In this document: piece after piece, positions 49,920 through 59,019 of the stretch
Position numbering within the stretch: the stretch's first letter is position 1
Layout of the letters: the number at the start of each line of letters is the position of its first letter
Source: an uncultured Parachlamydiaceae bacterium
GTDB taxonomy: Bacteria > Chlamydiota > Chlamydiia > Chlamydiales > Parachlamydiaceae
Length of the DNA: 64,000 bases
Direction: 5' to 3'
NCBI GenBank assembly: GCA_963742415.1
Contig: CAVULX010000003.1
Coordinates: forward strand, 1-64,000
The notes under the pieces: generated by a model
What the model was told of the DNA's origin: nothing
The model's input: only the letters and a program-made list of their open reading frames with translations
Databases searched by the model: none
Position numbers and translations under genes: made by a program

Positions 49920-50600
49920 CTAAGGGTTGTTAAAGTCGTAAATATGATATGTTCCAGGCATTGGGATAGCGCCATACTTGCCCGTCAGTGCTTTTGAAAC
50001 ATGACAATAATTAAAAGCGTGTGTGACTATCAAAACAGTTTGGTTTTGGAGATAGGATAAACTCTGTAAAAAATCATCTGTTCTACTATAAACTGAGTGA
50101 CCTGATTCCCCTTGGGAAGGCTTTCCTTCGAGCATATCTTCTTCCGAAGAATAACTTGCTTTATAGACATTATAATTTTCTCCATCCGCTGTTCCAAAAT
50201 TCTGCGTCGCCAACCGGGAATCAACGATCAATTCATTCGGCTGTAAATTCAAAGTTGCTCCTAACAAACTGATGGTTTCCTGAGTTCTAAATGCGGGTGA
50301 TGTGTAAATACGGGAAATATTTTGCTGCGATAAGACGGGTATTGCCTCTTGCAATTGTGTTAACCCTTCAGTGGTTAAAGCGTAGCCTGGGGAAATTGTA
50401 GAAGTTACAATATCAGCCACGTTATTTGAGCTTTGAAAATTGCATAACACGACTAATCGGAGTTGATTTTTAGATAGTGTGTTAACCAATTTAGAATCTT
50501 GGGCAAAAAAATGATCTCCATTTTCATCTCCGTCTCCATTTCCGTAAATCATGGAAGAAAAAGAGACTAACAAAAATAAGAAAAATTTCAAACTTTTCAT
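49920..50600 (-). CDS. Histidine phosphatase-fold exported protein lacking the RHG motif
   Basis: LT..G..Q, IYTSP..RT.ET, L...NFG, GES, VLIVTH; the RHG position reads CNF. Confidence 0.7.
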   Translation of the reverse strand: MKSLKFFLFLLVSFSSMIYGNGDGDENGDHFFAQDSKLVNTLSKNQLRLVVLCNFQSSNNVADIVTSTISPGYALTTEGLTQLQEAIPVLSQQNISRIYTSPAFRTQETISLLGATLNLQPNELIVDSRLATQNFGTADGENYNVYKASYSSEEDMLEGKPSQGESGHSVYSRTDDFLQSLSYLQNQTVLIVTHAFNYCHVSKALTGKYGAIPMPGTYHIYDFNNP

Positions 50601-50708
50601 CCTATTCCTCTCCTGTAATAAATTGAAATATCAGCTTTTGCTTCGTATCGATAACAAGTAAGTTGTTTTAAGACAATAGGAACCTGAGTTTAGATAATGT
50701 GCTAGAGA

Positions 50709-50924
50709 CTAGCTTTTTGGATGGAAGGTATGATTGAATAAATTTATGATGGGCAAACTTGCATTGGAATCTATGCTTTTGACTTTCACGCTTTTGCCAT
50801 TCAGTTTGCCTGTAGAATTAAAACCTTCTTTTGCATCAAGTGCATCTAAATGATTTTGATAATACTTGTAGTGCTCATTTCTTTTTTTTCTTTTTAATAA
50901 ATCTTCAAAAGTAAGAGGATCCAT
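50709..50924 (-). CDS. Small hypothetical protein
   Basis: 71-aa ATG ORF in an otherwise empty interval. Confidence 0.4.
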   Translation of the reverse strand: MDPLTFEDLLKRKKRNEHYKYYQNHLDALDAKEGFNSTGKLNGKSVKVKSIDSNASLPIINLFNHTFHPKS

Positions 50925-51136
50925 AATAAACCATAAAATAAATTTATTCTAATCTAATTATACCAGTTTTCATAATTTTATTCAATAAAAATATAAAATT
51001 CTAAGTTTACACCTATTTTATTCAAAATTTCTTGTTAGGATTTAATATTTAACTCTATGGTAGGAACAATTCATACTCCTAGGGAGGCCATATCGATGCC
51101 AACTGATCGAATTTCCATTAATTTAGGTGAGCCCCT

Positions 51137-52294
51137 ATGAATCGAACAAAAAGGTCAGCGATTGCGTTTGTCATTCTTATGGGAATGGTGAGTCTCTTTG
51201 GTGACATGACTTATGAAGGCGCGCGGAGCATTACAGGTCAATATTTGGCTATTCTTGGTGCAAACGGAGCCATCGTTGGCGTTATAGCTGGATTTGGGGA
51301 GTTCATTGGTTACGGCTTCAGGCTTGTTTCTGGATATGTCAGTGATAAGACGGGAAAATACTGGCCGATCACGTTCATTGGGTACACGATTAACCTTTTA
51401 GCTGTTCCCCTTTTAGCTCTAGCGGGCAATTGGCCTGTAGCTGCTGCTTTAATCATTATTGAACGATTCGGGAAAGCTGTCCGCTCCCCAGCCAAAGACG
51501 CGATGCTTTCATATGCGACTAAGGAAGTGGGACGAGGGTGGGGATTTGGCCTCCATGAAGCTATGGATCAAGCCGGAGCTATTATAGGCCCGTTAATGAT
51601 GAGTTGTGTTCTTTATTTTCATGGAACATATCAAGCAGGGTTTGCGCTTCTTTTAATTCCCGCTTTATGCGCCTTAGCCGTATTAACGTGCGCGAGAATT
51701 TCTTACCCTAGTCCGGAAAAATTGGAGATTGCGCAGCCCAAGTTGAGTGGAGAGCGTTTGAACAGGAAATATTGGCTTTATGTCATTGCAGTTTCATGTG
51801 TGGCGGCAGGTTATGTGGATTTTGCTTTGATTGCTTTTCATTTAAAAAAAGGATCGCTTATTTCAGATGCTTGGATATCTATCATTTTTTCTATTTCCAT
51901 GGGAGCAGCAGGGGTAGCAGCTCTAGTTTTTGGAAAGCTTTATGATCGGTGGGGTTTTTCCGTTTTAATTTTTGCGACAGCTCTTGCATCCTTATTCGCA
52001 CTATTGGTATTTATTGATGGATTTTATTTCGCGTTAGCAGGAATGATTTTGTGGGGTATGGGGCTGGGAACTCAAGAGTCGATCATGCGCGCCTTTGTGG
52101 CTGATCTTGTCCAGATGAATAAGAGAGCCACTGCTTATGGAATTTTGAATATCTGGTTTGGAATTTTCTGGTTTGTAGGAAGCGCTTTGATGGGTTTTTT
52201 ATATGATATTTCGGTGACCTATTTAATCATTTTTTCCATGAGCATCCAGCTCTGTTCCATTCCTCTCCTTTTTGCGGTGAAGCATTCAGAATGA
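51137..52294 (+). CDS. MFS transporter
   Basis: SLFGDMTYEGARS, SG..SDK, ERFGKAVRSPAKD, G.LYDR; 12 transmembrane pattern. Confidence 0.9.
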   Translation: MNRTKRSAIAFVILMGMVSLFGDMTYEGARSITGQYLAILGANGAIVGVIAGFGEFIGYGFRLVSGYVSDKTGKYWPITFIGYTINLLAVPLLALAGNWPVAAALIIIERFGKAVRSPAKDAMLSYATKEVGRGWGFGLHEAMDQAGAIIGPLMMSCVLYFHGTYQAGFALLLIPALCALAVLTCARISYPSPEKLEIAQPKLSGERLNRKYWLYVIAVSCVAAGYVDFALIAFHLKKGSLISDAWISIIFSISMGAAGVAALVFGKLYDRWGFSVLIFATALASLFALLVFIDGFYFALAGMILWGMGLGTQESIMRAFVADLVQMNKRATAYGILNIWFGIFWFVGSALMGFLYDISVTYLIIFSMSIQLCSIPLLFAVKHSE

Positions 52295-52316
52295 AAACTA
52301 AAAGACTGTTATGTCC

Positions 52317-52461
52317 TTATAACAAATTTTTATTTGATAAAAAGCATCTTGATAATCTTTAATGGTGCTCAAAGAGAGTTGCGAATATTAAATATTGAAC
52401 ATGAAAGTCTTTGAATCAGTCTAAAACTAGATAAACAAATTATAATTATTTCAGGAGCTCT
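52317..52461 (+). repeat. Conserved upstream block of subtype A genes (also about 53739-53859 and 56042-56185)
   Basis: TTTGATAAAAA.CATCTTGATAATCTT.AAT.GTGCTCAAAGAGAGTTGCGAATATT...GAACATGAAAGTCTTTGAATCAG.CTAAAACTAGAT...AGGAG.TCTATG present three times. Confidence 0.85.
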
Positions 52462-53742
52462 ATGATCTTTGAATCATATAGTAGGGGAATAACTAATAGC
52501 CCCTTTGACATTGTTGGTGAAAGCGAATGGGGATTTAGTAGCAATTTTCATGATGTTGAGACTGTTGAAACCGGATTTATGCCAACAGACAATCTTTCAA
52601 CCGGAGAAAATGGTATTGACGAAATGTATGATGAGCCTCTTTCAATGGACCTAGTTGGAAAAATTGATCTGTTTAATCCATGTGTGGGTAATGACACTCA
52701 AAATTTCCCCTTTATAACGTTTGAAGGGTTAGGTAATTTTTTAAAATCACCATTTCAAGAAAATGCCCAAGAAGCCCTAGAACAAAATTCCTGCACCAGC
52801 AATACAGAAAACACACCCGAAGTTTCAAAAAAACGTACAAGAAAACCTTCTTCTGGTAAAAAAGAAACTCTCAACACCTCAAAAAAACGTAAAAAGGACC
52901 CTTATTCTTCTACTGAATATGGTAAAAGTTATCGAGAAGCCCAGAAAAAATATAATGAACATCTTGAAGAAAAAGTAACTGATTTGTTTAAAACTTTTAA
53001 AGATCTGTTGAAACAAATGAAAGCCAAGTCTCAGAATTCTCTACAGCCACCCGATCAAGACATGCTTCAGAAATCTTTTAATGAGCTTCGGGAATCTTTA
53101 CGGCCTCTAGATTATTCAAGTTGGAAGAATAAAAATAATGTAATTCCTTTTTCTGAATTTGCTAAATCTAAGTCAAATTTAAATCGTTCTTCATACTATA
53201 ACGATATTCGCGATAAATATAATAGTTACAAAATCTTATTAATAAATAAATTATTTAAAAAAATTAATCAAGGCCGTGCGTTATTGGAATTGACAGAGAT
53301 TATTGAGGAACCTGCTGTCTCTTTTTATGAATTTAGACAATCTATCAAGAACAAAGACCATTTAATAAGCAAATCTCAAACAGAAAGCCTCTCACAAAAT
53401 TCAAATCAAGAAAATCAAAAAATTTTTCTTGAAGGCTATAATATTAAAGCAATCGGCTACCTTTTGAAGGATAACCGCTTACTTGTAAAAAAGGATTCTG
53501 AGGCATGCATGATAGAGGCAAAATCATTAAAAGAATATTATATCAAGATCCGTCAACAACTTGTGAAAGATAAGATTCTCATTCTCGAAGAAAAAAGATA
53601 TAAATTTACAAAGGATTATATCTTCAGGACTCCCACATTGGCCGCCTCGGCAATTCTTGGAACGGCTGTTAATGGGAAAAGATATTGGAAAAATGAGTCA
53701 GGGCAATCTATTACAAAAGTCGAATCGAATAAATCGGTTTGA
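52462..53742 (+). CDS. DUF4357/RAMA-like domain protein, array subtype A (A1)
   Basis: C-terminal FTKDYIFRTPTLAASAILG..VNG..YWKNESG; KKRTRK and KKRKK clusters; AGGAG RBS. Confidence 0.8.
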   Translation: MIFESYSRGITNSPFDIVGESEWGFSSNFHDVETVETGFMPTDNLSTGENGIDEMYDEPLSMDLVGKIDLFNPCVGNDTQNFPFITFEGLGNFLKSPFQENAQEALEQNSCTSNTENTPEVSKKRTRKPSSGKKETLNTSKKRKKDPYSSTEYGKSYREAQKKYNEHLEEKVTDLFKTFKDLLKQMKAKSQNSLQPPDQDMLQKSFNELRESLRPLDYSSWKNKNNVIPFSEFAKSKSNLNRSSYYNDIRDKYNSYKILLINKLFKKINQGRALLELTEIIEEPAVSFYEFRQSIKNKDHLISKSQTESLSQNSNQENQKIFLEGYNIKAIGYLLKDNRLLVKKDSEACMIEAKSLKEYYIKIRQQLVKDKILILEEKRYKFTKDYIFRTPTLAASAILGTAVNGKRYWKNESGQSITKVESNKSV

Positions 53743-53859
53743 TAAAAAACATCTTGATAATCTTAAATAGTGCTCAAAGAGAGTTGCGAATATTGAACAT
53801 GAAAGTCTTTGAATCAGTCTAAAACTAGATTAACCAATCATAAATATCTAAGGAGATCT

Positions 53860-55104
53860 ATGTACTCGGAAACAACTTTGAATAATGGAACTGCTTTTTT
53901 TAATATCCCCTTTGACTTTGCTTCTGAAAAGGGTACCATTGGTAGTTTTTATGTTGAAGAAACTATTGAAACTGGATGTATGCCAACAGGCGATCTTCCA
54001 ACTAGAGAAAATGATATTTTGTTTGATGATCCTCTTTCAATGGGCCTAGTTGAAAAAATTAATCTTTTTAATCCATTTGTGAGTAATGACTCTCAGAATT
54101 CCCCCTCTGTAACGTCAGAAGCATTAGATGATTTTTTAAGTGTATCATCTCAAGACAATGCCCAAGAAGTCCTAGAACAAAATTCCTGTATTAGCAATAA
54201 AGAAAACACCCCCGCAGTTTCAAAAAAACGTAAAAGAAAACATTCTTCAAAAGAAACTTCCTATGTCTCAAAACTACCTAAAACGGACTCTGTTTCTATT
54301 GAATATATGAAAAATTATCGAGAAGCCCAAAGAAATTATAATAAATATCTTGAAAAAAGAGTAGATGATCTATTTAAAACTTTTATAGATATGTGGGAAC
54401 AAATAAAAGCTAAGTATCAGAATTCCCTACAGCCTTTCGATCAAGACGTGCTTCAGAAATTTAAAGAGCTTCGAAAGTCTTTACGGCCTCTAAATTTTTC
54501 AAGTTGGAAGAAAAAAAATAATGTACTCTCTTTTCCTGTATCTAAGTCAAATTCAAAGCGTTCTACATTCTATAGAGAGATTCACGAAAAATATGATAAT
54601 TACAAAATCTCATTAATCAATAAATTATTTATAAAAATTAATGAAGGCCATGCGTTATTGGGGTGGCCAAAGCTTATCGAGGAACCTGTTATTTCTTTTT
54701 CTGATTATAGGCAATTTAACGATAACAATGACTATCCAACGAATCAAGAAAATCAAAGATATATTCTTAAGCGCAAAAGGAAAATTATTGCAATCGCCTA
54801 CCTTATGAGTGATAACCGCATGTGTGTAATGAAGGATTCTAAAGCACGCATGTCGGAGGCAAAATCCTTGAAAAATGGTTATTCCGAACTCCGTCAGCAA
54901 CTCGTGGAAGGTGGGATTCTAATTCCTGATGATAAGAGTCCAATTTCCGAAGAAAAACTATATATATTTACAACGAATTATACCTTCAAATCTGCCACAT
55001 CGGCTGCCGTGGCAATTCTTGGAAGAACTGTAAGTGGGAAAAATCTTTGGAAAAATGAGTCAGGGCAATCTATTACAAAAGTCGAATCGAATAAATGGGT
55101 TTGA
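53860..55104 (+). CDS. DUF4357/RAMA-like domain protein, subtype A (A2)
   Basis: Paralog of A1; start moved to the ATG after AAGGAGATCT; KKRKRK; FKSATSAAVAILG..VSG..LWKN. Confidence 0.8.
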   Translation: MYSETTLNNGTAFFNIPFDFASEKGTIGSFYVEETIETGCMPTGDLPTRENDILFDDPLSMGLVEKINLFNPFVSNDSQNSPSVTSEALDDFLSVSSQDNAQEVLEQNSCISNKENTPAVSKKRKRKHSSKETSYVSKLPKTDSVSIEYMKNYREAQRNYNKYLEKRVDDLFKTFIDMWEQIKAKYQNSLQPFDQDVLQKFKELRKSLRPLNFSSWKKKNNVLSFPVSKSNSKRSTFYREIHEKYDNYKISLINKLFIKINEGHALLGWPKLIEEPVISFSDYRQFNDNNDYPTNQENQRYILKRKRKIIAIAYLMSDNRMCVMKDSKARMSEAKSLKNGYSELRQQLVEGGILIPDDKSPISEEKLYIFTTNYTFKSATSAAVAILGRTVSGKNLWKNESGQSITKVESNKWV

Positions 55105-55151
55105 TAAACATTATGTAAATATACTTTAATATCAATAATTCAAGGAGATAT

Positions 55152-56012
55152 ATGACCATCAATTTACGTCCGACTGAGCCTAATATCTCAAGTATCAATT
55201 TTTGGGATGAAGGAGAAATTGAATCTGGATTGGAGTCAAGAAAAACTTTAAACGGAGGAAATGATGTTGACGAAATATTTAAGAGTGATGATTTATCTCT
55301 TGACCTGATTGAAAAAGTTGATTTTTTTAATCCATGTGGGGATCAGTATCTTCAAAAATTACCCTCTTATGCATCTGAAGATTCAGTGAATTTTGTTGAA
55401 AAAAAAACCGAGATGAATGAAGTGACTTATATAGTCGATTTTGTGGATAGGTTTGGGAAGAATATTGAATTTTCTTCCGGAGTTGATGATTTAGATGATA
55501 TAAAACTTCCTCCATCAAAAAAACGTAAAATTGGCCCATTAAATGACCAGAATATTTTTCAGACCAGACATGATGTCTCAAGTTCAGCAGAGGAAATTGG
55601 CGAAAAATATACTATAAAAGAGAATCAAATTTATGCTATCGGCTACCCTTTGGGCGGAAAGAGCATGCGTGTAAAAGAAGGCTCTACGGCGAGCCTGAGT
55701 GAGGTACCATTGTTAAATAAATGTCATGTCATATGCCGCAAAAGTCTTGTGCAAAATGGTGTTCTAACTGTAACTACCGATGGTACAAAATATAGATTTA
55801 CAAGAGATTTCGACTTCAAGTCATCCACAGGTGCTGCCTCGGTCATCCGCGGAAAAAATTCATGTGGGACTGTATGTTGGAAAAATGAGGCGGGGCTATG
55901 CATCAATAAAAAGAAATATCAGAGGACTAAGAAAGGTCAAATGAATTCTTCAAAAATACTTGCGAAAGGAACCGCGATCAACCGGTCTATAAGTGAGAGC
56001 CTGAATTTTTAA
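55152..56012 (+). CDS. DUF4357/RAMA-like domain protein, subtype B (B1)
   Basis: PPSKKRKI; FTRDFDFKSSTGAASVIRG...G..CWKNEAG; C-terminus extended relative to B2 and B3. Confidence 0.8.
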   Translation: MTINLRPTEPNISSINFWDEGEIESGLESRKTLNGGNDVDEIFKSDDLSLDLIEKVDFFNPCGDQYLQKLPSYASEDSVNFVEKKTEMNEVTYIVDFVDRFGKNIEFSSGVDDLDDIKLPPSKKRKIGPLNDQNIFQTRHDVSSSAEEIGEKYTIKENQIYAIGYPLGGKSMRVKEGSTASLSEVPLLNKCHVICRKSLVQNGVLTVTTDGTKYRFTRDFDFKSSTGAASVIRGKNSCGTVCWKNEAGLCINKKKYQRTKKGQMNSSKILAKGTAINRSISESLNF

Positions 56013-56185
56013 AATAACTAAAAAGGAAAGCAAACTGTCTTTATAACAAATTTTTATTTGATAAAAAACATCTTGATAATCTTTAATAGTGCTCAAAGAG
56101 AGTTGCGAATATTAAATATTGAACATGAAAGTCTTTGAATCAGCCTAAAACTAGATTAACAAATCATAAATATTTAAGGAGATCT

Positions 56186-57451
56186 ATGTCCTTTGGTATA
56201 AATTTGAATAACGGAACAACTTTTTGTAATAGCCCCTCCTTTGACTTTGTACCTGGAAGCGAACGGGGATTCAGTTGCAATTTTTATAATGATGAAACTA
56301 TTGAAAATGGATTTATGCCAACAGACAATCTTCCAACTGAAAAAAATGGTCTTTTGTTTAATGAGCCTCTCTCAATGGACCTAGATGTAAATCTTCGCAA
56401 TCCATGTGTGAGTAATGACACTCAAAGTTTTCCCTTTACAACGTTTGAAGAATTAGGTAATGATTTAAAATCGTCATCTCCAGACAATGCCCAAGAAGTA
56501 CTAGAACAAAATTCCGGTATCAGCACAGAAAACACCCCCGCATTTTCAAAAAAACGTACAAGAAATCCTTCTATTGATACAAAAGAAACTCTCAATCCCT
56601 CCAAAAAACCTAGAAAGGATCCTTATTCTTCCATTAAATATATGCAAAATTATCGAGAAGCCCAGAAAAACTATGAAGAATATCTTAAGGCAAGAGTAAA
56701 TGACTTGTTTAAAACTTTTTTAGTTCTGTTGAAACAAATGAAAGCCTATCATAAGAATTCCCTACAGTCTTTCGATCAAGACGTGCATCAGAAATTTAAC
56801 AACCTTCAAAAGTCTTTACGGCCTCTAAATTTTTCAAGTTGGAAGAAAAAAAATAATATACTCCCTTTTTCTGAAGTTGCTAAAACCCAGTCAGATTTAA
56901 AGAGTTCTACATACTATAGAGAGATTCACAATAAATATGATAATTACAAAATCTTATTAATCGATAAATTATTTAAAAAAATTAATGAAGGCCGTGCGTT
57001 ATTGGGGTTGCCAGAGGTTATTGAGGAACCCGCCGTTTATTTTTATGAATTTAGACAAAACGGCAATAACAAAGACTATCCAATAAGCAGATCTTACACA
57101 CAAAATACAAATCAAGAAAATCAAAAATATTTCCTTAAGAAAAAAAACAAAATTATAGCAACCGCCTCCCTTTTGCGTGGTAACCGCTTACGTGTAAAAA
57201 AAGATTCTGAGGCATATATGACGGAGGCAAAATCATCAAAAAAATGTTATATCAATATCCGTCAAAAACTTGTGAATGATGGGATTCTAATTCCCAAAAA
57301 TGAAAGATATATATTTACAAAGGATTATATTTTCAAGTCTGCCTCATTTGCTGCCTCGGCAATTCTTGGAGCATCTGTAGCTGGGAAAAGTCTTTGGAAA
57401 AATGAATCAGGGCAAAGTATTAAACAAGTCGAGTCGAATAAACAAGTTTGA
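56186..57451 (+). CDS. DUF4357/RAMA-like domain protein, subtype A (A3)
   Basis: Paralog of A1; start after AAGGAGATCT; FTKDYIFKSASFAASAILG. Confidence 0.8.
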   Translation: MSFGINLNNGTTFCNSPSFDFVPGSERGFSCNFYNDETIENGFMPTDNLPTEKNGLLFNEPLSMDLDVNLRNPCVSNDTQSFPFTTFEELGNDLKSSSPDNAQEVLEQNSGISTENTPAFSKKRTRNPSIDTKETLNPSKKPRKDPYSSIKYMQNYREAQKNYEEYLKARVNDLFKTFLVLLKQMKAYHKNSLQSFDQDVHQKFNNLQKSLRPLNFSSWKKKNNILPFSEVAKTQSDLKSSTYYREIHNKYDNYKILLIDKLFKKINEGRALLGLPEVIEEPAVYFYEFRQNGNNKDYPISRSYTQNTNQENQKYFLKKKNKIIATASLLRGNRLRVKKDSEAYMTEAKSSKKCYINIRQKLVNDGILIPKNERYIFTKDYIFKSASFAASAILGASVAGKSLWKNESGQSIKQVESNKQV

Positions 57452-57497
57452 TAACCGTTTGTAAATACATTCTAATATCAATAATTCAAGGAGATCT

Positions 57498-57892
57498 ATG
57501 TTCATTAATTCATATTCGGCTGACTCTAATACCTTAAACGGCAATTTTTGGGATGTAGTAAAAATTGAATCTGGATCGGAGTCAAGAAACATTTTAAACG
57601 AAAGAAATTATGTTAATGAAATATTTAATAGTGATTTATCATTAAGGAGGCAAAATCGATAGATAAATGTTATGCCAAGTGGCGTAAAAAACTTGTGAAA
57701 AATGATGTTCTAACTGCAACTGAGGATGGAAAAAAATATAAATTTACCGCGGATTTCATCTTCCGGTCACCCTCACATGCTGCCTCGGTCATCTGCGGAA
57801 AAAATACAAGCGGGCCTGGAAATTGGAAAAATGAGGCGGGAAAAAGTATTAGGCAATTAATTGAAACGAAAAAAAAATTCAGAGGACTATGA
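57498..57892 (+). pseudogene. Subtype B copy (B2) with a large internal deletion
   Basis: ATG 57498 gives MFINSYSADSNTLNGNFWD...SDLSL, matching B1/B3 N-termini; it then jumps out of frame to GGAGGCAAAATC, matching B3 near 61147; the 3' part keeps FRSPSHAASVICG...WKNEAG. Confidence 0.85.
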
Positions 57893-58084
57893 AAGGTAAG
57901 CAAATTGTTTTTTTATAATAAATTCGTATTTGCTAAAAAAACATTTTATACATTAAAGAGTAGATTTTTGTTTAATTAATTTTGTATAAATGTTAGGTTA
58001 TAAAAAATTAAATAGAATTCTACTATGAAGCATTAAATGTGCTATAGAATTTGATTAACTAATAACAATAATTTAAGGAATTAT
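57893..58084 (+). repeat. Conserved upstream block of subtype C genes (second copy about 61699-61887)
   Basis: AAAGGTAAGCAAATTGTTTTTT.ATAATAAA...GTATTTGCTAAAAAAA...GATTAACTAAT..CAATAATTTAAGGA present twice. Confidence 0.8.
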
Positions 58085-58939
58085 ATGTCTACTCAACCTG
58101 TTTATTTTAATCCAATAAATTACCCTCTTACAAATTATTCAGGACTTGAAAGCCAACAAAAATCAGGTTTATGTTTTCAGGATTGCGATGTTCATAATGG
58201 ATCAGTAAGTGAATTGGAACCGAATAGCAATTATTCAAATGTTAATAAAAATTCATTTAACACAAAAAGTTTGGAAAAACTGGCTTATAAAACTCATCAG
58301 GTTATTGTTGGGGCTAATATATCTTTAGATTCTTCTGAACCCAAATATTTAGGAGCTTTTGACGAAACTACTGCCAATTCTCAAAGTGTCCTTAAGCAAA
58401 CTTCCCTCAACGACGATACAGATTGCCTCAGAGAGTCAAATAAACGTAAAAGAGAATCTTCAGCTCAAGCTCGAATTTCTCAAAAGCGTCCAAAGGGTTG
58501 GATTTTCCATACCGCAAATCCTGCAGTCAAGAAAAACTTAAAAAAGCCTTCTAATTTTCAAGACGTAGGTGATGCCCCAAACTCAAAATCAGAATCGGAT
58601 GAATACACTCTTAGGCGTAAAGAGATTCTTGCGACAGGCCAGCTTTTAAAAGATAATTCCATGCTTGTAAAAAAAGGTTCTACGGCTTGCATAGAGACAG
58701 TAGCATCAATGCATAATGGATATTTAAGACTCCGCGAAAAACTTTTGAAAAAAAATATTCTAGGTCTCGATCCCGATAGTGAAAATAAAAATTATATATT
58801 TAAAGATGAATATATCTTTAGGACGCCCTCACTAGCTGCCTCGGTGATCTCTGGGGCAAATGCAAGTGGAAGTGACTATTGGAAAAATAGGTCGAACCAA
58901 AGCATTAAGGCCGTCGAATTGAAGAAAAAAAATAGCTAG
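58085..58939 (+). CDS. DUF4357/RAMA-like domain protein, subtype C (C1)
   Basis: NKRKRE; VKKGSTA; YIFRTPSLAASVISG..ASG..YWKN. Confidence 0.8.
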   Translation: MSTQPVYFNPINYPLTNYSGLESQQKSGLCFQDCDVHNGSVSELEPNSNYSNVNKNSFNTKSLEKLAYKTHQVIVGANISLDSSEPKYLGAFDETTANSQSVLKQTSLNDDTDCLRESNKRKRESSAQARISQKRPKGWIFHTANPAVKKNLKKPSNFQDVGDAPNSKSESDEYTLRRKEILATGQLLKDNSMLVKKGSTACIETVASMHNGYLRLREKLLKKNILGLDPDSENKNYIFKDEYIFRTPSLAASVISGANASGSDYWKNRSNQSIKAVELKKKNS

Positions 58940-59019
58940 ACATTACTCGGCTATGAGCTTGAATGATTCGGGCATATTATAAAATTAGATTAACAAATCA
59001 TAAATATTTAAGGAGATCT

